Source: Sphyrna mokarran (taxonomy: Eukaryota). From it: a stretch of DNA of 64,000 bases. A program made the translations under genes and the position numbers. The stretch covers positions 92,008,001 to 92,072,000 of the forward strand of contig JAGIQG010000005.1 of the NCBI GenBank assembly GCA_024679065.1, in the 5' to 3' direction. Under the pieces are notes generated by a model. It was not told where the DNA came from and did no database searches. It worked only from the letters and a program-made list of their open reading frames with translations. How positions within the stretch are numbered: position 1 is the first letter of the stretch; every line of letters starts with the position of its first letter. This document shows, in pieces, positions 52,958 through 64,000 of this stretch.

Positions 52958-53250
52958 CGTTCCTCGTCTTTAAATACAAATTTCCTCAGTTTGAGATCTC
53001 GCAGTACCACGCCATTGTCATGGCAGTGTGCTACAGCAGACGTTATCTGATAGAATAATCGCGCTGCTTCATCCTCTTTGAGCCTCTTGCAAGTGCGAAC
53101 AAATGAATGCATATCCCCATGGCTCTTCTCAAAAAAAACATACGATCGCTGCTCCCCTAGAAGAATTTCAGTTATCTGATTGATGCTTTCATGCGCAGAG
53201 AGATAAAAATAGGCTGCTAATGTTTCTTGATATCGACCAACATCGAATAC
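52958..53250 (-). CDS. TRIB2: TRIB2 coding exon 2 (293 nt)
   Basis: Acceptor cttcccgcag|GTATTC at 53251/53250. Encodes VFDVGRYQE...[24 protein letters not shown]...[23 protein letters not shown](R), containing the Tribbles LRDLKLRKF catalytic loop. Phase-2 donor CG|GTAAGG. Intron 1 is 409 bp. Confidence 0.98.
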
Positions 53251-53659
53251 CTGCGGGAAGCAAAACAACAAAAAAAGTGAATTTTGGCACCCTCTCTTTC
53301 CTATACTAAAATGTATTGGGAAGCAATCGGGTAAAGCGTCCAGCATATTCATCAGTTAGACACAATGGTCCACATCTTGCAGATCTTTATGGTACAACTT
53401 TAAAAAAGTTTCAATAAATATCCCTTTCTTAAATTGCATTACCCAAAGAAAAAGACCAAGCTCGCGATTAAAATTACAAAAATGCACTAAATTTCACGGA
53501 TCCAACTGCTCAAAGTTTCCCCCCACCCCAACCCACGATTAACAAAAGAGGTTGCACTTTCATTCGTTTGCCTCTGGTGTATTGTGCACACACGCCACTG
53601 ATTCGGAATCACATGGCGCTTTACTGGTTAAGCTACTGGAAAAGCTTATTTTCTGTTAC

Positions 53660-53932
53660 CTTGCAAACAAGCTCCTCGCCGGTATGCAGATGCACAGCCC
53701 CGAAAACGTGGTCCCCCTCCAAAGGCTCCAACAATAGATACTGTCCGATTTGAGAAATGCAATGACACGAGTTGGGGGTTTCAGGTGGGCTGGGGGAGCC
53801 GAGGTTCGGGCTGAAACTCTGGCTGCAGTCACTAGTCCTCACACAAGATAATTCTTCATATTCGTGGTGAGCCTTGTGCCTCGATCGTCCATACCTCACA
53901 ATGCTGATTGGACTGGATCTCTGTATGCTCAT
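53660..53932 (-). CDS. TRIB2: Tribbles homolog 2 pseudokinase, coding exon 1 (91 codons)
   Basis: Translates [18 protein letters not shown]...[17 protein letters not shown]...[27 protein letters not shown], matching the TRIB2 N-terminus as recalled. ATG at 53932-53930; phase-0 donor AAG|GTAACAG at 53660/53659. Confidence 0.97.
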
Positions 53933-55200
53933 GGGGCTGTAAATAATAGTCCTCTTTATAAAATAAGAAAAAAAGGCTTCACTTCCAAAGCGTTCACGTT
54001 TGTATTAAACAATTCAGTGAGTTCTGTTTACTCCAGAGAACTGTTGGGAGCCTTTCCCCCTCCCTTTTCTCTTGCACTTTGGTCTACACTTGTAGGGTCC
54101 AGTTATATTAATTGTTTCCCCAGCAAGAGTAATTCAAAATAAGCACCATTTGGAGTGATAATGCAGAACGTTGTTTATTGCTACAGTTTTTTTTGCATAG
54201 ATTATTGGATGGTGGTGGTTATATATATGTGTGTGTGTATATATAAATAAATGCAGCTTTCAGAGTACAGAAGAGTCCAAGGCAACCACTGATGTTGTCG
54301 AAGAGGAACTCCAGATCACAATGCTTTTTTGTTCTTGCGGGTTACGTGCGGATACCGAGAGCAGAGTGAGTGGCCGAGGCGCTTTGCACACAAGCCAGCC
54401 AGCCAGGTGGCGAGGGACAGGGAAACTCGCTCCGCTTCCTCACCCTCTTGACTCTAGGTGGCGTCCGCTCCCCTCTGTCGCCGCTGTCTCTCCCCCTCTC
54501 TCCTGTGCAGTCGAAACAAAATAGCCTCAAACTATCATCAAACAAGAAGTCTGGCATTCACCCTTTCGTCATCTGTTCTGCAACGTCCAAGTGCAACTTC
54601 AACAAGGAGATTTATTTTGCACTCATTGAGAAAGTCTTTGGCTGGCGAGTGCTTTCCGATTTTTTTTGGCGAGCATATATGCATATGGATATATATATAT
54701 ATATAAAAATTTCTTCTTTACAAAAAAAAAGTAACAGTCAAGGACAAAAGAGATCAACCGTATCGTGTTCCCACCGTGCAAAGTCTTAATTCCTCCAAGC
54801 TTAGGTTCCAAACATACAGCGATGACTTTCAAACTCCCAGAGATGCCTTTTGCAAATTGCACAGTTGTTGAGATGACGACCTTGGGATGCACAATTTTTT
54901 TTTGTTTGGAGCTTTGCAAACACGAAAAAGCCGGCGGGGAGACAGAGAACAAAAACAAAAAAATGAAAAACAAAAGAAAATAAAAAATATCTGCAGCAGC
55001 CTCTCTTTCTCTTTTTGCTCCTAGGTGAAGGGATGGCCGTTAGAACGGGGCCGATCCCCTTTCAGCAACAGCCGACATGAGCCATCATCATCTTTCCGCT
55101 GCCTGGTGTGTGTATGTGTGGAGTTACGTGGCTGCAATGTGAATAATATCAGCAGCACCAGCGCACACTAACTCCCATTCACCACAGCCGCTGACTGCGG
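53933..55200 (-). other. Probable long 5' UTR of TRIB2 with upstream AUGs
   Basis: Repeat-free, CpG-retaining sequence between the promoter cluster and the ATG. The TSS position is inferred only. Confidence 0.6.
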
Positions 55201-55450
55201 CTCCCCTGCGCCGCACACTAACCTGATAAGTCAATGGCCCGCCCCCTCGGCGCCAGCAGCCTGTCAATCACCGGAGGAAGAGGCCGCCACCCATTGGGCA
55301 GTGCTACCGTCAATCACCCAGGCGGCCGCCGTCCATTGGGCAACGTGATCGTCAATCATCCAAGTGACCGCTGTCCATTGGACAAAACTGCTGTCAATCA
55401 GGAGCGTGCGTCACCGCCGCCCATCAAATTAGGCTGCGCTTGCCCGCTCA
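55200..55450 (-). promoter_or_regulatory. TRIB2 proximal promoter (GC box, three CCAAT boxes, four TGATTGAC elements)
   Basis: CpG-rich island in a CpG-poor genome. GC box cccgcccc at 55238-55245; ATTGG (minus-strand CCAAT) at 55293, 55335, 55377; (c/t)(t/c)gtcaatca at 55261, 55307, 55349, 55391. Confidence 0.85.
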
Positions 55451-56125
55451 CTGGGTTAAGTAGGTGATATCCCTCCGCACCTTCTGTGTGTAGCTCTCTC
55501 CTGAGTATTGGAGTGCATTCAGTTGCACCCAGTTACCATAAGATTCCCCCCTCTTTTCAGAGTCATGCTGCAAAAAATAAAAAACTTCCCACCTTTTCCC
55601 GATGCTCTTGGATTTTTTTTGTTGCAAGGGCAAGAATTGATGGAAGCCCCCCTTCCCTCGCTCTATTTTCTTGCTACTTTGGTATTCAATGAAGCGGCGG
55701 AAGGAGTGGGACTGGGTGAGCCGGCCCGGCAACCTGATCCTGAGCAGCTGCGTCTCTTTATTCATAGTTATTCATAGAGGAGGTGAATGTTGAGGACAGC
55801 GTTGCGCAACACACTCAGGAATGTAGGCAGCAGGAAGAGAGCCACAGGCAACTGCATTCTTTCTGCTCTCTCTCTCTCTCCCTCCCTCCCAAAGTAATAC
55901 AGATGTAGCATAATTCCTGGTATATTTAGGAGTTACAGGTGCATGTAATAAATCTCTTATCCCCACACCCCAGGCACAAATTATTAAAGATAATATTTGC
56001 ATCTTAAGTTTGCAACCATCAGAGATGTAACACTTTACGTTAAGCTTCCCAGGTTTTCTGGCATAAATATTCATATGAGTTATTTCAAATATTGTGTATT
56101 CCCTAAGAAAAAGAGTAACTACGGT

Positions 56126-56200
56126 CTCTGACGAAGGTGCTCAAAATGTTGGTTCTATTTTCTCTCCACAGATACTATCAGATCTGCTGAAACTTTATGT
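56126..56200 (+). repeat. Penelope-type stub with degenerate hammerhead core
   Basis: ctgacgaag...caaaatgtt followed by tctctccacagatac, as in the 351-615 family. Confidence 0.45.
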
Positions 56201-56462
56201 TTTTGTACCATGATCTCTCCCTTGGTAATGATTGTCTGGCTTCCTCCAATTGCTGTGCACTAGATGCCTCATCTTCAATTTTAATTCACTTTAACTTGGA
56301 GGGTTTGCCATGTCTGAATTACACTCTTTTTCACACCAAAGGTGTATCCAGTCAGAATGCAACGTACCTTGCTAGAGGGTTCCATTACTCATAAAATTAC
56401 ACCAGCCTGTCTTATGTCCTCCTGACATCTCACAGTTTACAATCCTCCCAAGTTTCCTGTCA

Positions 56463-56878
56463 TTCAGTGGTACGGTGGTTAGCATTGCTGCCTCACAGCA
56501 CCAGGGACCCAGGTTCAACTCCGGCCTTGGGTAACTGTGGAGTTTTGCATGTTCTCTGTGTGGGTTTTGTCATTCACCTGACGAAGACCAGAGGCTCGAA
56601 AGCTTGTATTTACTATCAAATAAATCGGTTGGATTTAAACTTGATGTTGTCAGACTTCTTACTGGGTTTCTCCCCACAGGCCAAAGTGTGCAGGTTAGGT
56701 GGATTGGCCAAGCTAAATTGTCTGTTAGCATCCCAGGATGTATGGGTTAGGGGCATTAGTGGGTTAAATACATGGGACTACAGGAATAGGACCTGGGTAA
56801 AATGCTCTGTCCAAGAGTCAGTGTAGACACAATGAGCCGAATGTCCTCCTTCTGCACTGAAGGGATTCTATGATTCTA
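56463..56878 (+). mobile_element. HE1-type SINE with a nested Penelope-type insertion (56568-56662)
   Basis: SINE consensus broken at tgggttt, which is duplicated at 56561-56567 and 56663-56669. Confidence 0.85.
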
Positions 56879-56984
56879 CAAGTGTTGGAAATTGTGCCCG
56901 GGACACCCAGGATAGGTTATTAATATAGATCAAGTCAAGCAGTGGTCCTAATGCCTGGGAACTTCATCTCCAGCCCATTCATAT

Positions 56985-57650
56985 ATAGAAAATAGAAGTA
57001 GAAGTAGGCCAGTCAGCCCTTCAAATCTGCTCCACCATTCATTATGATCATGGCTGATCGTCAAATTCAACATCCCTTCATCATTTTAGCCCCAAAAGCT
57101 ATATCTAATTTCTCTCATGCTTCTAAACTCCAATGAATATAAGCCTAACCGACTTTGTCCCTCCTCATATGACAATCGTGCCATCCCAGGAATTAGCCTG
57201 GTAAACCTTCACTGTATTCTCTCTATAGCAAGAATATCCTTCTCAGATAAGGACACCAAGACTGCGCACAGTACTCCATGTGTGGTCTGACCAATGCCCT
57301 GTACAATTGCAATAAAACAGCCCTATTCCTGTATTCAAACTTTTTTGCTATGAAGGTCAACATACCATTTTCATTCTTTATGGCCTGTTGTTCCTGCACA
57401 CTTACTTTCAACAGCTGATGCATGAGGACACCAAGGTCTCGCTTGTATATCCACCTTTCTCAATTTACACCCATTCAAATAATAACTTGCCTTTCTATTT
57501 TTGCTACAAAGTGGATAATCTCACATTTATCAACACTATTCTGCATCTAGCATGCATATCTCCACTCCCTCAGACTGTCAAGCTGAAGCATCTCTGCATC
57601 CTCACCCTCTCACCCAACTTTGTATTGTAGGCAAATTTGGAGATAATTTG
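56985..57650 (-). mobile_element. CR1 LINE 3' fragment
   Basis: MLTFIAKKFEYRNRAVLLQLYRALVRPHMEYCAQSWCPYLR. Confidence 0.9.
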
Positions 57651-57719
57651 TTCACCGCTGTTCTTTTTTATTGTCAGTCAGCCAACTTCCTATCCATTCA
57701 TATTCCTCAATGTTCTAAA

Positions 57720-58265
57720 TTAATTCATGAATAAATTTGGAATAAAAAGATGTAAAATCCCATCTAGTTTCTTAATGCTCTTCAGGGAAGGAGTTCTGCT
57801 GTCCTTACCTGGTCTGGCCTACATATGACTACAGATCCACACTTAACTGCACCTTCAAAAGTTCCAAAAAGCCGCTCAGTTTTATCAAGACTCTACAGAA
57901 AAATCAAATAAAAACCAGTCGACATTGACTAAGGCACTGCAGCAACTACACAAGGTTCCTTCAACAGCAGCTCCTAAACCTCTGATCTCTAACACCAAGA
58001 AGGACAAGGGAAGTACTGACATGGGAACTCCACTTCTAACAAATTCCCCTCCAAGCTACAAAGCATTCTAATTTGGAAACATATTACTGTCCCTTCATTG
58101 TCTCCAGAGTAAAACAGAACTCCCTCCCAAACAGTAATGCTGGTGTCCCAAAGGACTGCAGCAGTTCTAGAAGGTGGTTCACTACCATCTTCTCAAAGAC
58201 AATTAAGGGTGGCAAATAAGTGCTGGCAGCACCAAAGATGTCCACATCGCATGAACAATTAACAA
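57720..58265 (+). mobile_element. SINE body joined to a CR1/L2-group 3' tail
   Basis: Similar to 28250-28410 and to 17350-17610. Confidence 0.6.
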
Positions 58266-59539
58266 AAACACACAAAGAGGGTAAATTATTACTTTGGATC
58301 ATTTTTCTGTTCTTTATGTCTTCTATATTAATTTTGAAGTAAAAGTCAATGCAAATAAAATCAAGTTGACTAGGTTAAAGTTACCCCCAATATCTTTGTG
58401 ATTTAAATCGTGATTTCAATCTTGCTATCCAACTTTCAATTCTTGCTTTTGTTCATCAATTCATATTCCTTATCCATCTGTGATCTCAGCTCCCTTGAGG
58501 TCAAAGCAGTTTGCAAAGTTTTCACATCACTTTCATTTCTATAGTTCCCTGTTTAGTGCCAAACAGAATGTCCCCTCATTAATTCTTAACTCTAACACCA
58601 GTCTGATAATATTGCTCCTCTGTAGAAGGACTTCACTGAAATTTCTCTTCCACCCTGGAGTGGCATGAGAAAAATCACCTTTTGCCTTTCTTCCTTTGCT
58701 GGAACATTTGTCATCTTGCTTTTTAATATTGATCTGGTCAGTACTCATTAAATGTTCTCCTTTTATTCCTTTACCCTTAAATATGGTATCTTATATGTTC
58801 TTCTTGCATCAACATAATCAACTTTAGCTTAAATTTTCCAAAATCTTCAGATCTATGGAACTCCAAACATCACTTTGTACTTCCAAACCCTTACAATTTC
58901 CAGCCCTTTGAAACCCAAGTTTGGTGTTGCTGTTAATTATTTTCTGACTTACCTTGTCTTTCTTATTGCTATAATCAATCCTTCAACCTGGAACTACTCA
59001 GCCTTGGCTCTTTGCCTTGGTTTAATACAGCATTTTTTTATATTTTCTGAAAATGTTACCGATTAATTGCCAGATGATTTTTATTTCTGTATTTTTCTGT
59101 CATTGACACTTGTTATAGTACTCATGATACCGTGGAGGGCTTTTTTTTTCTCATTACAGTTTCATTCAGTTTTCTCTGAAAAATTCATCTGTCTTGCATT
59201 CCAGATTTCCCCAGCTCTTTTCACAAGTAGAGGATAGATTGAAGAACTGAACAACAGATGCCCAAATTGGATTTTCCAATTTCTTTGAGCTTGTGTGCAA
59301 ATAAATTTGTGGAAAATGACATTGGGTGTGTGTGAACTGTGGCTTTGCACTAGCTTGCAACAAACAGTGGGGAGCATGTGAACAATGCTCTTCTTCCTAA
59401 TGTTCTCCTTTATGACAGTTCCCACTCAAAGATCAAAATATCTGCTCGAGCTTAGTTGCACAAGATCACTATCTGTAGTTTGCAGCATCCTGTTACATAG
59501 TGCTGAAATGCGGCTCCTGAGAAAAGCAGATAAAGATGA

Positions 59540-59675
59540 GTGGGTTAGGTTGATTGGTTGTGGTAAATGTGCAGGGTTATGGGGAGAGGGCAAGGGGTTG
59601 GGCCTGGGAAAGATGCTCTTTTAGAGAGTTGGTGCAGACTTGATGGGCCTCCTCCTGCACTGTAAAGACTTTATG
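59540..59675 (+). mobile_element. 5'-truncated HE1-type SINE
   Basis: gttaggttgattgg...ggtgcagacttgatgggcc. Confidence 0.8.
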
Positions 59676-60002
59676 GACATCCAAAGGCTAAAAAATTGTG
59701 AGACCTGGTTCTGGAGAAAGATATAGCAAGTCAACTGAGAGAGCACAAGAGCAATGAAGAAGTTCTCAGGATGATGGATGAAGAAAAATAATTAAGAGGC
59801 TATCACATTGAAAAGGCAACAAGGTTGGAGTGGCCATAATCTAAGACATGAGAACCTGCTGAAGGAGGTGATTGGAGGAAGGTTAGTGGGATGCATATCA
59901 AGGAGGGAGAAAGATAATGATGACATTAGACAATTTGAAATTGAAAATGGGAGACTCCTATAAGCAATTGAAGAGGAAAACACAAGACTGTGAGGTGTGG
60001 AG

Positions 60003-60322
60003 AAATAGAATTTCCAAAGTGCAGAAGCAGGCCATTCAGCCCATCGACTCTGCACCAACCCCAATCCCACCAAGGCCCTATTCCTGTGATCCCAAATATT
60101 TATCTTGCTAATCCCTCCGACACTAGGGTCAATTTAGCATGGCTAATGAACCTAACCCACACATTTTTGGACTGTGGGAGGAAACTGCAGCATCCGGAGA
60201 AAACTCAAGCAGACAGGGGAGAGCATGCAAACTCTGCACAGATAGTGACTTGAGGCTGGAATTGAACCCAGGTCCCCGGGACTATGAGGCAGCATTGCTA
60301 ACCATTGTGCCACTGTGCCATC
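60003..60322 (-). mobile_element. HE1-type SINE
   Basis: Reverse consensus. Confidence 0.9.
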
Positions 60323-62606
60323 CGTGACCATTGGTCTTTACATTACGATGTGCAAATTGAACAAAGAGGGGAAAGCATTATTTTGTTCACCTGGGTTGAA
60401 TTGAAATCCACATCATGGAGTCAAAAAAAAATCATCTCTTCCATCCAAACTCCTTTGCTTTAGCATCTCAACAGATTGTGAGCCAATGAGGTACTTTTCT
60501 TCATATTGAATGGTGATGTAGACTCAAATAATCAAATGGCCTACTCCTATTTTCTACTCTTCTATGTTTTCAAATTCTTTTTTATTCTTTCCTCCCTCTA
60601 ATGACAAATAGAATCAATTTTTAATTTCTTAGTAGGTATTACCTTATTGTAGCTGATTTGCACTGAGCAATGCTGAATTTGCACCAATGTTGACCTAAGT
60701 TATCTATAGGTTTTGACAGAATCCTTTCCCTGGAAATCAAGACATCTGAATAATTGAAAGTCAAATACTTTGAACAGAATGAAAATAAAATAATTTGATA
60801 AACATACGCTGGAATTCCAATAACTCATCCGATTCAGAATCGAGGTGGGCGAGAAGCAGGCAACGGAAATGTCTGTTGATCTCGGGTGCTAATTTCTGAC
60901 CTTGCTTGAGCAAGGTCATAAAATCCTGCCCTATATAGCATTGTAAAATATATCAGTTCTCCACTATATTCAACTTCTCCTTTAAAACCACCATTCTACA
61001 TAAAAAGTTTTGCGTATAGCAGCAGCTTAAGTTGTTTCAATACGATAAGATGGCAGATAAATGCAAGGGCTTTTTTAGAACATGACTAGTGCTGTAAGTC
61101 TGAAGCAAATTAAGTCTGGTAAATAAGGAGTTATATATTAAATGATGCTGTATGAAAGATTTGTTAACCTTTCCAGATAAAATGACAAAAAAAAGCATAG
61201 TTTGTGGTCAACTAACACGACAATTATGATCAGTTTCAATTTTGGTCAAAATAGGAAATAAGATATGACAGCGTAGGGAATGAACAATTTCTTAGATAAT
61301 CTACTTTTGTGCAGTAAGATTTGTATTGAATATGTGTTTACGTTCTGCAAGAGTTAGTATGGCAGCATGCATTCCATCAGGAAACAGGTAAAAGCACCTT
61401 TTTTCCTAGTTTTCCACCTCACATCATTCAGAGGCCATAGACTTTGTTATGAACATAGACAGACCTTTTGCAAATATTTTGGAGTCATCTCCACTGGCCG
61501 TTCACCAACAGCTAAAAATAACACCATATATTTTGAACTGCCCATATTACAGTTTTATATACTGTGCATACATTTTCATTTATCTATAGGCTCATAAAAA
61601 AAATGATTCTATTTCACATCACATATTTATGTTTTAAATATATTATACATGTATTTGTTTATAATAATGATTTTTAGGGCAGCATTCACTCCATATAATT
61701 TGTATTAAATAAAAACTTTTTTTGTTGTTTGTGGTTTTGTTGTTTCCCCTTTTGCAAACATTTAGTTGTTCCAAGAATCACTATTGAATTACTTATTGAT
61801 TATACTTTACATTCTCTTCTTTTAGAATTGAACGTTTCCACAGATTGCTGTTGTAAACACTGCACACTTTACTGTGTTCTTTCTCACGACTTCATTGTGA
61901 GGTCATGGGAATGTTGCCATTATCTATTTGGTAATCTCTGGATGCTCTATCTGTTTGCCAAGAGCAAATGAAGGGCACTTCCAACCACAAGATAAAGTAT
62001 TTTAACACTCCTCCAACCTCTACATGACAATATAGAAAGTATCTCAAAACAGTATTGACTAAATAATCTTAATTGTGCAATAAAGATTATTTACTTGATG
62101 CTTTTTTTCAGGCACTCCTATTGTGTCAAAAGGTAGTCAAACTGTAATTGCAATTCCAGATCAATATGTGGGAGAGAATTTAACTCACTTAAAACACATT
62201 CACTTGTGCACACTTGAAACTGGTTCCTATATGTATCATATTTTTTGGCATACTTCTGTTCTTTCAGGTTTGAATGCAATTTTTCTCCCAGCATTAAGAA
62301 CTCAACTTTAACTCCCATGTTGGAACACGGCAAAGCAAGAAGCAAACTCAACCTGGAGCGATAGTAGTCAGGCTCAGCAGATTTTAATGACACAGCTCCA
62401 TAAATATACTACTTTCCAATATCCTGACAATGGCAGAGAATTCATTGGGAAGAAACTACGCAACTATTGAAATTGGGCATCAAGTGACACTGCTAGGGAC
62501 CATGGGCACAGTCCCTGGCTCAAGATAAATGTTCCTGGAGGGACATTCTGATTGGGGAGGAGATGAAATATGGGGCAGGAGATTCTTGTGCAACCCAGAC
62601 AGATAC

Positions 62607-63705
62607 GGGGGGCAATTCTCCCAAAAAAAGTTCAAAGTGCTAAATTTGTGGAAATCATGATTGTTTTTTCAATGGGAGTTCAGACTTGAATCTCCCACAC
62701 TCTGTGCGATGTAGAGGTCACAATCATGAATATCATTAAAAGTTGTGGGGAGGGGTGAGGCCTATTCACACCAGAATCTGACAGTTCCAGAACTCTGTGC
62801 ATGCACAGTGACCCCACGCTGTCAGATTGCACTTTGCTGGCTAACTCAATTGCTGGCCAGCCTGGAACTCCAGCACTGCTATCCTTCCACCCCTTGCCAC
62901 AACCCGATCATGACCCACAACCATATCCGGGCCAGCCCCAACAAACCTCCCACCCACCCCCGCCCTCCCCCCCAAACACTGTAATCTTCAGCACCACCCA
63001 GCAGTGACGATCTTCCCTCCTGTCTTCATAGATTCCCCCCCACGCGAGGCAGAGGCTAGCCCCCCCCACCACGACAGACCTCCCTCCACGGGAAGCAGAC
63101 TCCCCCACAAGTCCACATCAATCACTGGCCTCCATCGAGCCTCAAATGATCCTGTTTGCAGAGAGGCAACCGGACTCCCCCCAACCCCACTGACCACTTC
63201 CTCGACCATGCCCCCTTGGCCCCACCACCATTGGCCCTGCCCCTTGGCACTGCCACCCATACCTCACCACCTGACCCCACCCCTTGTCTCTGCCCCAGGC
63301 CCAGTTGATAATGTCAAGGTGTTAATGGGCATGAACACTTTGCCTCTTGGGGATTGCTGGGGATACAGACTGGCACCACTTACTCATCCATGCCCGGGAG
63401 GTACCATCCCCCACTACCTAACCCCCTAGGGGCCCAATTTCTCCCAATGGGGATCTAAACCCTGCCAGAGTGAAATTGTACTGGCAGGATGGGAGATTGG
63501 ACCTGGAGAATTTAGTCCCAGGCCCGATAATTACATTTAAATTACATTAACAATAGATTAAAATAACTTAACCAGTTTCCTGCATGATCTGAACCATACT
63601 GGGTTTCCATTGCCAGAAGATGGGCATGTACCAGGAACGTACTCGCGAATCCTGTGAATCGGCACATGTGAAAAATTAGCAAGTCAGAATGGGAGAATCA
63701 CTTCC
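62607..63705. mobile_element. ~1.1 kb non-autonomous element with degenerate TIRs and a C-rich interior
   Basis: ggggggcaattctccca at the left, tgggagaatcacttcc at the right; strongly C-skewed core with no credible ORF. Confidence 0.5.
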
Positions 63706-64000
63706 ACTGTTCCTCCTCTCAGCCCTCAAGGTAACCTGTAATCTTCTCTTGCTAATAGCTCTTGGAAGCTTTGAATGCTGTTCCTTGTAGGTTTCGCCTG
63801 CTGAGGAAGCCATTGCTTCTTTCTCCATTTTGTCTCCAATTCAAATGGCAAATCTTACCCCAATGATGTGACTGAAGCCCAATCTTTTTCTCTGTAATTT
63901 AAATATTGCAGTTGGTCAAATTGAAGTGGCAGGTCCATGTCCCATTTTAACTTCTCCATCTGCTCAATTGCCCTGCTTGGAATTCATCAGGCAGTGAGAG

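Noticed and set aside
53251-53352. N-terminal extension of ORF 52954-53352 (MNMLDALPD...)
   Set aside because: Intronic read-through upstream of a clear polypyrimidine/CAG acceptor; not part of TRIB2.
55282-55400. Regularly spaced repeats as a CRISPR-like array
   Set aside because: Eukaryotic promoter, only three degenerate units made of transcription-factor motifs, and no cas genes.
63004-63429. Pro-rich 141-aa ORF
   Set aside because: By-product of the C-rich repeat interior.

Overview
AT-rich, CpG-depleted vertebrate genomic DNA, almost certainly from a shark or other elasmobranch, judging by the abundant HE1-type tRNA/V-SINEs, CR1/L2 LINE remnants and Penelope-derived short repeats. The only supportable protein-coding gene is the Tribbles pseudokinase TRIB2 on the minus strand. 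It has three coding exons (53932-53660, 53250-52958, 45275-44801) that splice GT-AG into a 346-aa ORF, a CpG-rich promoter near 55.2-55.45 kb, a long 5' leader with uORFs, and a probable ~2.6 kb repeat-free 3' UTR. The rest is intergenic or intronic transposon debris: about 13 HE1-type SINEs, many CR1/L2 fragments, a decayed Gypsy element, a solo LTR with TSD, and MITE-like elements. The most notable observations are: (1) a helically phased 42-bp array of TALE (Pbx/Prep/Meis) decamer plus NF-Y CCAAT units in the TRIB2 promoter; (2) short Penelope-type elements carrying minimal hammerhead-ribozyme cores, including a TSD-flanked palindrome with perfect 40-bp arms; (3) two local templated duplications; (4) absence of the three alphaC cysteines typical of mammalian TRIB2. 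Repeat family names and comparisons to human come from recall, not from database searches.
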